DNA of 64,000 bases, from positions 7,502,001-7,566,000 of the forward strand of contig NC_045138.2 in assembly GCF_008831285.2 (NCBI RefSeq). The letters run 5' to 3'. The notes under the pieces are model-generated. The model was not told where the DNA came from. It saw nothing but the letters and a program-made list of their open reading frames with translations, and did no database searches. Position 1 is the stretch's first letter, and each line of letters opens with the position of its first letter. Source of the DNA: Nymphaea colorata (taxonomy: Eukaryota). The translations under genes were made by a program, and so were the position numbers. This document shows positions 1 to 12,467 of this stretch, in pieces.

Positions 1-376
1 GCTCCTATATATGTTCTCATAAATTCATTCATGCTGCCCTAAATCTCATAGTAAGGTAATTGCGCAAAATAAAGTTTGATCTTCAGTGTGACAGGTTCTA
101 TAGGTGCGTAGTTCACGGTAAACTAATGGAGCAAAGTCATGGCTTCAGAATTGTCAAGTGATAAAATTCACATAAAACCAGTACCGACCAATTTGCAATA
201 AAGGAATCTCACATGTAAAAGCTACAATTACAAATTCCCTACACTTGGGCAATTCCACGAGTCAATCCCATTAATCTCTCCATACCTAATCATGAAATCA
301 GTCAAAAAAAAAAAATCAAACAACAACAACCAAGAACCAAACTAATCCGACATTGGCAATTGCAATGCCATCAATA

Positions 377-630
377 TAGGGGTGAACAATGAGCTGAGCA
401 ACTCGAATTTGGCTAGTTAAAGCTGGCTTGAACTCGAGTTAGAACCAGCTTTTTTGCTTAACAAGCTGAGCTAGAGCTGATTGCTCAGGTTGTCTATATT
501 GTTGAATCGAAACTAAACAAGCTGAGCTCGAGCTGACTACTTGTCTATGTTGTCAAATAGAGTTTCCAGTTCTTTCAACTCAACTCGTATAACTTGACTC
601 GGCTCCAACAATGTCTTTTTATTCGTTCGA
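377..630. mobile_element. Degenerate hAT-type MITE remnant (TAGGGGTG end, CTCGAG/GAGCTGAGC subterminal repeats)
   Basis: Starts TAGGGGTGAACAATGAGCTGAGC, followed by many GAGCT/CTCGAG-like motifs typical of plant hAT MITE subterminal repeats. Right end and TSD not found. Confidence 0.4.
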
Positions 631-1010
631 TGTTATTTTTCAACCCATTTTCTCTCTCCTGCTTCAATTTCTCTTTTGAGGCCCCATTTCCTCCAACTAT
701 TTTTCAACCCAGGTACCCCTCTCAATGCTTTCATCTCCCTCTACTTTCCTTTCCCTCTCCGTCTCAAGATCTTTCATTCTCTCAAATTAAAGAAAAAACC
801 CTCTCAAGATCTAAAGCCCTCATTCAGTCGAGGGTTTCTGGGTTTTCAAAAACCCTCACTCAAGTGAGGCTTTCTGAAAGCCCTCGTTCCATGCTCCATG
901 TACTCCGTCGGTCTTGATATATCAGTTGCATCTAACTACATTAGTAGTATAATCGGTGCATTTAAATTTGATTTTTGTTATGAAATATGACACCAAGTGA
1001 TAGTCCTAAC

Positions 1011-1379
1011 TGTAAGAAATCAAAATGAAGAAATAATTAAAGGGACAAAAATTTTTAAAGTGGTTCAGCCAATAGGCCTACATCCACTAGTCTATCATTT
1101 CTTGCTTGCCTTCCTTTGGTGGAGAGGCTCATTTATATAGAGGAGTTACATAAGGGGTCTCTAGTTCCCAAGAGACATGACTTTTCATCTTTCAACATAC
1201 ATGACTTTTCATCCTTCAAGAGACATGACTTTTCATCTCTCAAGAGACATGTCTTTTCATTTCCTAAGAGACATGACTTTTCATCTTCCAACAGACATGA
1301 CTTTTCATCTCTCAAGAGATATGACTTTTCATCTCCCAAGTAATACACATTGAGAGCCTTCTTGGTGTTTCTGTTAACA
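1011..1379 (-). repeat. 3' LTR of Copia-A (369 bp)
   Basis: TGTAAG...TTAACA; near-identical to 5528-5894 (about 4 substitutions and a 2-bp indel by eye). Flanked by the purine tract rc of TCCCCCCGCAAGCT at 1380-1393. Confidence 0.95.
1169..1340. repeat. 7 x 24-bp tandem repeat in LTR U3 (CAAGAGACATGACTTTTCATCTCT consensus); second array at ~5686-5855
   Basis: Seven head-to-tail units are readable directly. They lie upstream of the minus-strand TATA box (CTATATAAAT, 1131-1140). Confidence 0.95.
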
Positions 1380-4300
1380 TCCCCCCGCAAGCTCAATGCT
1401 CCAACAATGAGATTGAGCTTGTTAATTATTTGATAATGGTGCTGCTTACTAAGTGGCTTAGTTAAAATATCAGCAACCTGATCTTTGGAAGAGATGTACT
1501 GAATTTTCAAATCTCCTTCAGCCAATTTTTCTCGAACAAAATGAAGGTCAATCTCTATGTGTTTGCTGCGACTATGATACACAGGATGAGCTGCAAGATA
1601 GGCTGCGCCGATGTTGTCGCACCATAATATGGGAGGTTGTGATTGATGAACACAAAGTTCTTTTAATAAAAATTGTAACCACATGATTTCAGCAGTAGTA
1701 TTGGCAATGGATCGATACTCAGCCTCAGTGCTAGAACGAGAGACAACTGACTGCTTTTTAGCACTCCATGAAACTAGATTGGATCCAATAAACACTGCAT
1801 ATCCACCTGTAGAGCGTCTATCATCAAGACATCCTGCCCAATCTGCATCACTGTAAGCATTAATATTTAAAACTGAACTAGGTCTAATAACAAGACTATA
1901 ATCAATAGTGTGCTCAAATATCTTAGGATTCTCTTTACGGCATCCCAATGGGCATCAGTAGGATGATGCATGTATTGACAAACTTTGTTGACAGCATAAG
2001 AGATGTATGGACGAGTCACAGTAGAGTATTGAAGAGCGCCAACAATGCTGCGATAAAGAGTTGGATCATAAAAATTTGATCCAGTTTGAGCAGATAAAGC
2101 AGGGGAGCATGCCATGGGAGCTCAAACTCCCTTAGCTCCAAGCATATTTGTTCTTTTGAGAAGCTCGAATATGTACTTCCTTTGAGACAATATTAGCTTA
2201 TTGTCAATTCTTTTTGCTTCTATGCCCAAAAAGAAATGAAGCTCACCCAGATCTTTAATGGCGAACTCACTTTTGAATTGACAAATAATTTTATGAATAT
2301 ATTCTGGTGAGCTTCCTGTTATGATCATGTCATCCACGTATACCAAAACATATAGAAGTATTTCTCTTTTTCTCAAAATAAAAAGAGATGAATCTGTTTG
2401 AGTCCCTTTAAAACCAAGATTTTGGAGGAATAGACTAAGACGGGCAAACCATGCCCTAGGAGCCTGTTTTAAACAATATAAAGCATGTTCAAGCTTGCAT
2501 ACATGATTTGGGAAAGAATGATTTTGAAATCCGGGTGGTTGAGCCATATAAACTTCTTCTGAAATAGATCCATATAGAAATGCATTTTGAATATCCAGCT
2601 GATGTATTTTTCATTTGTGACTAATAGAAATAGTCAATACTGTCCGAATTGTAGTAGGCTTCACAACAGGGCTGAAGGTTTCAGTATAGTCAATTCCTTC
2701 TTTTTGACTATATCCCTTGGCGACGAGTCTAGCCTTGTATCTTTCCAATGATCCATCTGCCTTTCGCTTGATTTTGAACACCCATTTACATCCTACAATG
2801 TGTTTGGCTTCTTTCTTTGGAACAAGTTTCCAAGTATTGTTTCAAATAAGAGCATCATATTCTTCTTGCATGGCCTTCCTCCAATTTTCATCTTCATATG
2901 CTTCCTTGAAACTTGAGGGTTCTTTGTCTTCAAGAAGAGTGGAGACAAGAGCTCTTGGAAGAGAGTGTTTGCTAGAAAAATATGTATGGAACTCATTGTA
3001 TTTAGAATTAGGTTTGAAGATTCCCACTTGAGATCTAGTAGTCATAGGATGGACTCGTTCTTGATTTGGTTCATTTTCATTGGATTGGGTAGACTCCTCA
3101 TTTTCAAGAGTTGTGGAGGTACTAGATGATGGTATTGTAGGGTTTGAGAACTGATATTCATGAGGGGAGGTTAAAATTATAGCTTGGTTTTGAGTTTCTA
3201 GATCTTGAGTTCTAGTTTCTTGAGTATCAATAAAAGGAAATTTTTTCTCATTAAATTGGACATGTCTCGAAATATAGATTTTACGGGTTCGTACACCCAA
3301 ACAATAATATCCTTTATGTTGAGGAGCATAACCCAAGAAAACACATCTTTCAGAACGGTAATCTAATTTATTTTTCTGTAAGCTCTTAAACAAGGAAAGC
3401 ATTCACATCCAAAGATTTTGAGGAAGCCATAGTCAGGTTTCTCTTTGAACAATTTTTCCAAAAGAGAAGCAAAATCAAGAATCTTGGTTGGCATTCGGTT
3501 AATCAAATATACAACAGTACAAAAAGCATATAACCAAAAGTTCTTAGGAATATTACCTTCTGCCATTAGAGATAAACCTGTTTCAACAATATGTTTATGT
3601 CTCCTTTCAGCTGCTCCATTTTGTTCAGGGGTATGAGGACATGATATTCTATGTCCAATCCCATTATCGACAAGATATGATTGAAGCCCTTGAAATTCTC
3701 CTCCCCAATCTGAGTAAAAATATTTTATCTTGTGCCCAGTGAGATTTTCAGAAAGTGCCTTGAAAGCTTTAAAAACATGACTGACATATGATTTTTTTTT
3801 CATCAAATAAATCCAAGTATATCTTGAAAACGCATCCATAAAAATCACATAGTACTTAAAACCATTCACACTCTCCACTGGAGCTGGACCCCATACATCA
3901 GAATAAATGAGTTCAAGCGGGCGTTTCACCTTACTTGAAATAGCATTAAATGGAAGTTTATGACTCTTAGCCTTTTGACAAGCTTCACACAAATAATTTA
4001 AACAATCATCATAATAAGACAAATCATACTTGTTCAAAACCTTCTTAACAATGGAAAATGAAGGGTGACCAAGTCTTTTGTGCCACTGCCCAATAGTATG
4101 TCTTTCTCCAAGTTGTGCTTCCTTTTTTCTGCTACTAAGGTCTATCTTATATAGCCCATCACTGCTCGTTCCTTGATAAAGAATTTTTCCCGTTCCCTGC
4201 TATTTAACATAGCACATATTAGGATGAAACTCAAAATAGACTCCATTATCCTTAGAAAAATGTTGTACAGATAACAAGTTTCTTGTTATTTTGGGCACAT

Positions 4301-5447
4301 GAAGGAGATCATTTAAAACTAAATTTTGAGATGTCTTTGAAGAACCAATATGAAAAATTCTCAAACCTGATCCATCTCCGATTTTTACTGCATCTCCACC
4401 TTTGTATTTGGCATGAATGGACAAGTTATTGATATCATTGGTGATGTGATGAGTCGCACCGGAGTCAGGATACCAATTGTCATCTCCAATGTCTTGATTC
4501 AGAGTGCTAGAAGAAACTGCATGATATGCTTGAGGAGGCGTTGTCTCTTTTTCTTTAAGCAAGTTAGTATATGACCAACAAAACTTTGCAATATGACCAA
4601 TTTTTCCACATATTTGGCACACAAAACGATCACCTTTGTATTGATCACTTTTCCGGACTCCTCCTCTAGATTGATAGTTGTTTCTACCACGACCTCTGTA
4701 GTTGGTTTGCTTGTTGTAAACTTGTTTTGAGGCAATATTCGCAGCCGGCATAATAGATTCAAAAGTTTGAGAATCATCTTCTTTTAAGTTGGGTTCTTGT
4801 ATGAGAAGAAGCCCATGAAGTTCGTTCAAAGAGACAGGGTCCTTTCGAGTTTCCATACTGACTTTAAAAGCAAGATATTCACTTGGCAATCCTCTAAGAA
4901 TTTGAAGAACAAGATCATCTTCATCAACAGGTTTGGATGCAATGGCTAATTGATGAGCAATAGATTTTGCTTTGTTTATATAAACATCCATAGAACTAGA
5001 CCCCTTTTTCAAATCTTGAAACTGTGATTTTAACTGCATTATTCGAGCCCTAGATTGAGTGGCATATGACTGCCTAAGAGCGCTCCAAACCTCTAGAGAG
5101 GTTTTTAAACCAATAATTTGGGTATGTATTGCTTCAGATAGAGAGGACTTAATCCAACTCAAAAGTAGTTGATCATTTCTCAACCATTCAATATATTCTG
5201 AACTAATTTCAGTTGTTCCACTTCTAAACATTAATGGAGCAGGTTTGCTTCCATCAATATATCCCATGAGACCAAATGAGATCAAAATTGAAGTGAATTG
5301 AGATTCCCAAATAAGATAATTTTCAGCATTTAACTTGATGGTGAGGAAATGCTGTAAATTGCTTGGGCACTGAAGAGGAGAAGCAAGAAAATTCATACCC
5401 GTATCAGAGTTGACTCCTGTATTTGATGATGCTTCTTGATTTGCCAT
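1380..5447 (-). pseudogene. Copia gag-pol polyprotein, disrupted by stops and frameshifts
   Basis: ORF pieces carry gag (KLNAENYLIWESQ), zinc knuckle CQICGKIGHIAKFC, protease WYPDSGATHH, integrase (SDVWGP, SDWGGEF, PEQNGAAER), RT (YVDDMII) and RNase H (DADWAG, DILTK). Breaks near 4200, 3380, 2842, 2610, 2122 and 1915. Confidence 0.95.
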
Positions 5448-5515
5448 GAGAATGAAACGCGGCAACACAAGATGTAATCCTTAGGATCTAGCAACAACAC
5501 TAACAAGGACCAGTG

Positions 5516-5527
5516 GCTCTGATACCA
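5516..5527 (-). promoter_or_regulatory. tRNA-iMet primer binding site of Copia-A
   Basis: GCTCTGATACCA, the reverse complement of TGGTATCAGAGC, abuts the 5' LTR. Confidence 0.95.
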
Positions 5528-5894
5528 TGTAAGAAATCAAAATGAAGAAATAATTAAAGGGACAAAATTTTTTAAAGTGGTTCAGCCAATAGGCCTACGT
5601 CCACTAGTCTATCATTTCTTGCTTGCCTTCCTTTGGTGGAGAGGCTCATTTATATAGAAGAGTTACATAAGGGGTCTCTAGTTCCCAAGAGACATGACTT
5701 TTCATCTTTCAACATACATGACTTTTCATCCCTCAAGAGACATGACTTTTCATCTCTCAAGAGACATCTTTTCATTTCCTAAGAGACATGACTTTTCATC
5801 TTCCAACAGACATGACTTTTCATCTCTCAAGAGATATGACTTTTCATCTCCCAAGTAATACACATTGAGAGCCTTCTTGGTGTTTCTGTTAACA
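5528..5894 (-). repeat. 5' LTR of Copia-A (367 bp)
   Basis: Direct repeat of 1011-1379, followed by TSD CTAAC. Confidence 0.95.
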
Positions 5895-6416
5895 CTAACA
5901 TCTGGATGCAGGAACCACTTTTGAATCATATTTTGGATGTAAAATCCAGCTTGCCATAGTTGAAGAGAAACCCAAGAAACTAAAAGTGATTCAATCAATT
6001 GTCAGTCGTTCAAAGCAAGCGTATCAAAAGTTAACATTGTGAAACTAACCCCAGTAATGTGGCGTTCAAATGCAAACCACTTTCTCCAAAGCACAATTTC
6101 TTAATTATAAACCTCTCATTCTGGTACTGGGGGTTTTCTAAAACCATGGCCTCGAGAGTGTCACTTCCTAAAATTCGATTATTTGATGTGTTCTGATTTT
6201 TTTCTGAATCTGAGGATTTCCAAAATCTATGTTTTACGAAAGTAAGCATTTCAAATCACACCTTATCTCAAATTGATGCCGAGTTCCAATCTAAGTTCTT
6301 TCTTTCTCTCTAGTTAGCATAGCTGGCCGGACCTGCACCTGCAGCACATACAGAACACATCTTAAGTTCAAATCTTGTGGCCGTTACATGTTAGTTGGCG
6401 GTAAAGAAGCTGAGGG

Positions 6417-6606
6417 CAGGGATGGAGCCAAGGTAGGGCCTGCATGGGGCTTGACACCACTTAAAAAAAATAATTAATTTACATGTAAATTTTTGAAAAT
6501 TTCACTTGTTTTATATAAAAATTTTGAAAAATGATATTTTGACCCTAGTCAAGATTTAGAAACTTTAATTAGGCCCTCCTTATGAAAAATTTTTGGCTCC
6601 CCCCTT
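6417..6606 (+). mobile_element. hAT-type MITE (family 1) with 8-bp TSD
   Basis: Imperfect TIRs CAGGGATGGAGCC / GGCTCCCCCCTT, TSD GCTGAGGG (6409-6416, 6607-6614), AT-rich core; related copies at 11711-11907 (rc) and 63848+. Confidence 0.8.
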
Positions 6607-6699
6607 GCTGAGGGTGATGTCCTATTTAACAAGAGTTGTGGTTGCATCCCCTCTCTCCAAAATTTTTACCAAATTATGAGTAACAACTGATCTTTTTCT

Positions 6700-9600
6700 C
6701 TCTCGCCCGTGTCTTTGGTGGATGATTTCACATTGGCAGGTCAGGCTGCTACATCAAGCCCTTCACAGGTACACCTTCACATCACATTCGCCACCATTGG
6801 ACAAGTTCCAACCGACGGCACTTGCACTGGCTCATTCCACCGTCTGCCCAGTTGCCTCATGCTCGAGGCATCAAGATGGGGTTTCTTTGGAGATGTGCAT
6901 GCGCCAAGGAAATTATTATTCCTAGCTCCAAGTCAGTCGAGGCTCGTACGACCATGCAGTCATCTGGTGCTTTTAATCCTCTCAGTCACCTAGTTTATCT
7001 CCCGATGCCAGAAGACATTCTCTTCCCCATGCCTATGGTGGTGAACGCAACTCCTTTTCGTGCTAGGAGGATTGCTATAAGGATTTGTAGTACTGCCATG
7101 CCGTCTTTTAATAATGAGAGAATACTAAACCAGGCGCACGTGCAATTTGACTGGAGGGACGGCGTTTTTAATTTTGGCTGCTCATTTTTTCTAACAGGGT
7201 TTCATTACCTTTTCTTCCTCGACACTTTTTTCTCGAGATGCACTCTTCGCAATCATCATCCAACCCCTCCCAACATGCAGCCAATTTTGTTCCTGAAGAC
7301 TCCAATACCACATCAAATCCACCAGGCATTTCTACCTCTCCCGATCCCTCATGGAAATTAACTGCCTCCAAGTGTTTGTTACTCCTTCTCAGTACAATCA
7401 TTGACTCTTTCACTATTGGAGTGTGTGGACAAAGTGTTAAAGAAAATGAACAGTTTAAGGACCAAAGAAATAGCTCGGGCGAACAGCTCTCCTCGGTGAT
7501 CTTCGCGTTCTAGGCAACCTCGGATTTACATGGACCATTTGCAATGAAGTGTTTGATTTGGAATATCCGGGGACTTAACTCCTATAAAAAGAGATTCTTC
7601 TGGGCAAATTATATTCGACAACTTCAACTACACTTTTTCCTTGACACTTTTTCTTCGAGATGCACTCTTCGCGACTGAAAACTCAAATACCGCATCAAAT
7701 CCACCAGGCATTTCTACCTCTCCCGATTGCCTCATGGATGCCATTGACTGCCTCCAAGTGTTTGTTGCTCCTTCTCAAGCACAATCATTGACTCTTTCAC
7801 TTTTGGAGTGTGTGGACAAGCGTTCAAGAAAACAAATAGTTAAGAAGGGCCAAAGAAATAGCTCGGGCGAAAAGCTCTCCTCAGCAGTCTTTGCATGCTA
7901 GGCAACCTCAGATTTATATGGACCATTTGCAATGAAGTGTTTGATTTGGAATATCCGGGGACTCAACTCCTATAAGAAGAGATTGTTCTTGGCAAATTAG
8001 ATTTGACAGCTTCAACCACACTTTATTGCTGTTTTAGAAACAAAAATGGAATGTGCTACTATGTCTACCGTGCACTCCATTTAGAGGGGTGCCGACTTTA
8101 CCTTCAATTCTGCTATTGGGTTTGTAGGGAGGATTTTAATTCTATGGCGTAGGGGCATCCCAGTGGAGGCCTTCGATATTGGGTCTTGCTCCATATCTCT
8201 TCGGGCTCAGTTGTATTCTCTCGATACATGGGTGGTTTCTCCTTCATCTATGAGCCCACGACATCAGCCAACTGACACTTATTATGGGCCGATCAGTCGC
8301 GCATCTTGGCATCCTCAGAACTTCCCCACATCCTTGCAGGGTGCTTTAATTGTCTCATTTGTACTAGCGAGTCAAGCCAACCAGTCAACATGAACCATTC
8401 TATTCGCTCGTTTCAGCACTTTGTGCAACAACATGGCCTCTGCGCACTCTCACATTCTGGTGAGACCTACACACGGTCTAACAATAGGCTTGCTCCCTTG
8501 CCTACAAATTCTTGACCGAGTTCTCGTCAGCCTAGATGTTTTGCAGCTCCTCCCCAACATTGCAGTGTCTTCTCATATTCGTTCTATTTCAAACCATGGA
8601 GCCATTGTTCTCTCTTGGAGCTCTGGTTTTCTTAGAGCGAGACCCTTCACTTATGAGTGTTGGTGGAACACCATGCCCCAGTTTAAAGATATTATCAAGA
8701 ACAGTTGGCAAATGGTCCTTCCTTCAACTCCGTTCTTGCATGAAAAAATCACCATTAATGTTTGTAGGAACTCAAAAGACTAGCATCTGATATTAGGTTG
8801 TAGTTGCTTGAATATAAAGTGGCTAAATTTAATAACTTCAAGTCTTGGGAGCATGAACTATCACATCTGTCCAATGTTACACTTCCAGCTTCTTCTAGTG
8901 AGCAATCAGATATTAGAGATAAAATCAATGAGCTTGCCAGCTTAGTTGTAGAATGGAGATCTCATGATGAGGTTCGATGGAAGCAAAGATCATGTGCTTC
9001 TTGTTGGCACTAGGCGAGTTGCAACAATTCTTTCTTTCATCAGTCTGCTACTGAAAGATATTGTGTTTCTCGTGTTACTTCTCATCACATTGCAGGGATA
9101 ACTTATCAACCACAGGAGCTAGTGGAGGCTGCAACCAATTTTTTTATGCAACTGTATGCACGACAAGATTCAGAAATGTGCATTCTTGTTCCATTTGGCT
9201 TTCATACTCTACCTCCCTCTCAAGCTCAAACCTTGCAAATTTATTTTGCCCCCATAGAAATTCTTTCAGCTATCAGTTCTATGTCCAAGCTCAAGGCGCC
9301 AGGACCAGACCATTTTCCTATTGACTTTTTTAAATGGCACTGGGATATAGTTGATGAAGATGTATGCAATATTTTTACAGAATTTCATCGAAATGCTTCA
9401 CTTCCATGGGACGTGCACAAGTACTTAATCACACTTATTCCCAAGCATGGATCATACTTGTTGCAAGTATTGGAGTATAGGAATTTTGGTAGATGATATA
9501 TCTCTTGGATCAAAGAGTTGCTTACCAAATCAGAGTCATCTCTCATGGTCAATGGACATCGAGGGCCCTCCTTTATTCCACAATGAAAAGTTCAGCAAGG

Positions 9601-11050
9601 CTGCCCCTTATCTCTTGCCTTGTTCAACATTGCAGTGGAAGGTTTAGCAGTCTTAATTAAAAGCGCAGTCGCAAGTGGGTTGCTTAACCCAATCAATGTG
9701 GATGGCCTCTCATGTAATATTTTTCAATTTGCAGATGACTTGATCATTTTTGGGGAAGCAACTCTTCAACAGATGATAGTAATGTTGCTCATTATTCGTA
9801 TTTTCTCTATGACATCATGTATTGACATTAATGAAGGTAAAACGTCTATTACCTTGTTCAATGTTGATGCATATATTAAGTTTGCTGTCTCTCATATTTG
9901 TCAATGCCGAATTGTCGATCTTCATATTGAGTACCTGGGCCTTCCCCTTCAACTTCAAGCAATCAAGACACCCTTTTGGTTGCCAATCATAGACAATATT
10001 AACAATAGACGGGCTTCTTGGAAATTGAGATATCTGTCCTTAGCTGGCCGGGTAACCATGATTAAGCATGTCCCCTCCTCTCTGCCTTCTTTTTTCTTAT
10101 CGGTGCTCTCTCTACCTGTCAAGGTAGAAAAGGAAATCAATCATATTTTCAAGAGATTTTTGTGGTGCGGGACAAACCTGGAATAAGAAAAAACATCTTG
10201 TAGCTTGGAATATGTTACTCAGCCTTATGCCCATCGAGGTTTAGGAATCCCAGATATGAGGAAAAGAAATATTTCTCTCATTTTTTGTGGTGGACATTTA
10301 TCCAAGACTCCAATTCAATTTATTAGGAGAAGAAATACAATTTGTATAGTCTCTCTTCTCTCCCAAATAGACGAAGAGTATCTCATTTGACGATATCATG
10401 AATATGTACCTTCATTAAGTGCAATTTGACGGCGGTTTTCATAGAGCATTTTTTTTTCATGGGCATGAGATGGTGAAGGGCGTTTCTCTATATACCGTGC
10501 ATATAGCTTGTGCTTCAACCTCCTGGTGTGAACTGGTTTTCTCATAATCTCCTTTGGGCTGGGGGTCCTACTCAATGATCCAAAACTCTTGCGTGGCTTA
10601 TTCTGTTGGACTGCATTCAGAATCAAAATATCCTGAAAAGGTTTGGTTTTCACCTTGCGAGCAGCTGTCCTTTTATGTTGTTGCGCCGAAGAAACTACCA
10701 CTCACCTGGTGTGGTTTTGTCAAGTGTCTCAAGATCTTTATGCGCTTACCTAGTTTATGCCTCCCATTGAAGTCACAAACATATCTACAATTTGGGATCT
10801 GATCCATGGACTAGTTAGAGTGAGAAACAAAAAGAAATGTTGTACCATTTGGAGAATTTGGCTGTTTAAGTTTTGGTGAGTTATTTGGAACTCCAGGAAC
10901 AATGTTATTTATAGGAATGAGGTTGTCTCAGTTCAGCGCATGGCATCCTCCATTTTGTATGATGTCTGGCTAATTTTTCGTAACCTATGGGGAAATGGTG
11001 GTACCCTCAACTTCTTAGAAGGATTAAAAGCTGATTTTTAGATGTAATTA
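6700..11050 (+). mobile_element. Decayed L1-like LINE (APE endonuclease, RT, C-terminal region)
   Basis: MKCLIWNIRGLNS endonuclease start (7544 and 7932), RPFTYECWW, KAPGPDHFPIDFFK, FNIAVEGL, QFADDLIIF, YLGLPL, LSLAGRVTMIK, FLWCG. Many stops and frameshifts; ends approximate. Confidence 0.88.
7213..8022 (+). repeat. ~400-bp diverged tandem duplication inside the LINE (ORF1 end / ORF2 start)
   Basis: GACACTTTTT..CGAGATGCACTCTTCGC through ..CTTCAAC.ACACTTT occurs at ~7213-7634 and ~7635-8022. Confidence 0.85.
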
Positions 11051-11102
11051 CTTTTTCAGGTTTAACTTTTTGTTGGACTTATGTTAATGTTATTTTCCTT
11101 TA

Positions 11103-11137
<35 letters not shown>

Positions 11138-11146
11138 TTCTCTCTC
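11103..11146. repeat. (CT)n microsatellite
   Basis: Directly visible. Confidence 0.9.
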
Positions 11147-11710
11147 TTCTCGATCCATGCTCCCAGTCCATCTTTGTTAGTCTTGATATCGCTCATATTT
11201 GAATGACAGTGCCCTTTTTTCTCTCAAATTCACTCTCAGTTCGATCTGTACGAAAGCTTCATCTATTTCTCTCTCAAACTTGCTCTCACTCTTCATGCAA
11301 AGATTCGGACTCCCATGTGATGGGGCATCATGACTTATTCACAACGGCTGCAGCAGTAGCAGCAGTCGTAAAGGGTGAATGAAAGCATTGTAGCGATGCA
11401 TTTTCCACCACCCATTTGACAACAATTGAGACAACGTATCTCATCCTAGGCTCACAAAATGCCCTTGCAGGCCCAAGACGTGTAAGACCTTAAAGACCAT
11501 GACCACAAGCTGCTGTTATTAGGATATTTTACTATGCAAAATTTCTGCCTAAGGGGAGTTAGATAATTTTACCTTGAACGCCATGGTGATCAGATTCTCT
11601 TTGTTACACAGATCTAATCTTCCCAAACACACCTCACTCTGTAGTATGAGCACATAATTTAAGCCAACTAACATGATGCAATTTTCTCACACTATCATTA
11701 TGTCTATGCA

Positions 11711-11907
11711 CAGAGGCAGAGGCAGAAATTTTTCATGAGGAGGGCTGAATTACAGTTTTTAAATTTTGATATGGGCAAAAATATCATTTTTCAAAATTTT
11801 TATATAGGAAAACTGAAATTTTCTAAAATTTACATGTAAAGTTTTTAAAAAAATGAAGGGGAGGGGAGGGTAGGGCCCCTGTGGGCTCTCCCTTGGCTCT
11901 GACCCTG
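11711..11907 (-). mobile_element. hAT-type MITE (family 1), inverted copy
   Basis: Reverse-complement similarity to 6417-6606; ends CAGAGGCAGAG / CTCTGACCCTG; TSD TCTATGCA / TCTACACA (6/8 match). Confidence 0.75.
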
Positions 11908-11929
11908 TCTACACAAAAAATTGGATCAG

Positions 11930-12467
11930 AGTTTCTGATGCAGAGAAGAAGGTGATCAGATCTATATCCGACACATAATGATTATATTTTCTTATTTTGT
12001 TTTATCTATAACCTAGTTTGATTTGAATGCAATATATTAAGATCCAAATTCATGTAATTGGATCTAGATTGATGCAGAGAGGAAGATGATCAGATCCATG
12101 TCCAAGTCATAATGAATTATATTTTGTTTTATTTGGATCATAGTTTTGAACTTGAATGCAATATGTTAAGATCCAAATTCATGTAATTGAATGTTAATAT
12201 ATTTCATTCAAAAACAAAACTAGGATCCAGATAAAATAAAATAACAAAATTTAATTCAGTATGTGTCAGATATGGATTTGATCAAATTCTGCTATGCATC
12301 AATCACCTAGGCAAAAAATAACAAAATATAATTTGTTGTGTCAGATATGGATCTGATCATCTTCCGCTCTGCATCAATCTAGGATCTAAATAGAACAAAA
12401 TAACAAAATATAATTTATTATGTGTCAGATATGGATCTGATCATCTTCCGCCCTGCATTAGTTTCTT
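11930..12467. repeat. Foldback-like array: 2 forward and 3 inverted copies of a GATGCAGAG..GATGATCAGATCCATATC.GACACA unit
   Basis: Forward units start at ~11937 and ~12071; reverse units end at ~12300, ~12377 and ~12460. Confidence 0.75.

Larger units (their letters stand above)
1011..5894 (-). mobile_element. Full-length Ty1/Copia LTR retrotransposon (decayed), element Copia-A
   Basis: Two TG..CA LTRs (1011-1379, 5528-5894), 5-bp TSD CTAAC (1006-1010, 5895-5899), iMet PBS next to the right LTR, PPT next to the left LTR, and gag-PR-INT-RT-RH domain order on the minus strand. Confidence 0.97.

Noticed and set aside
1169..1340. CRISPR-like regular repeats
   Set aside because: Head-to-tail units without unique spacers, inside both LTRs of a plant retrotransposon, and no cas genes.
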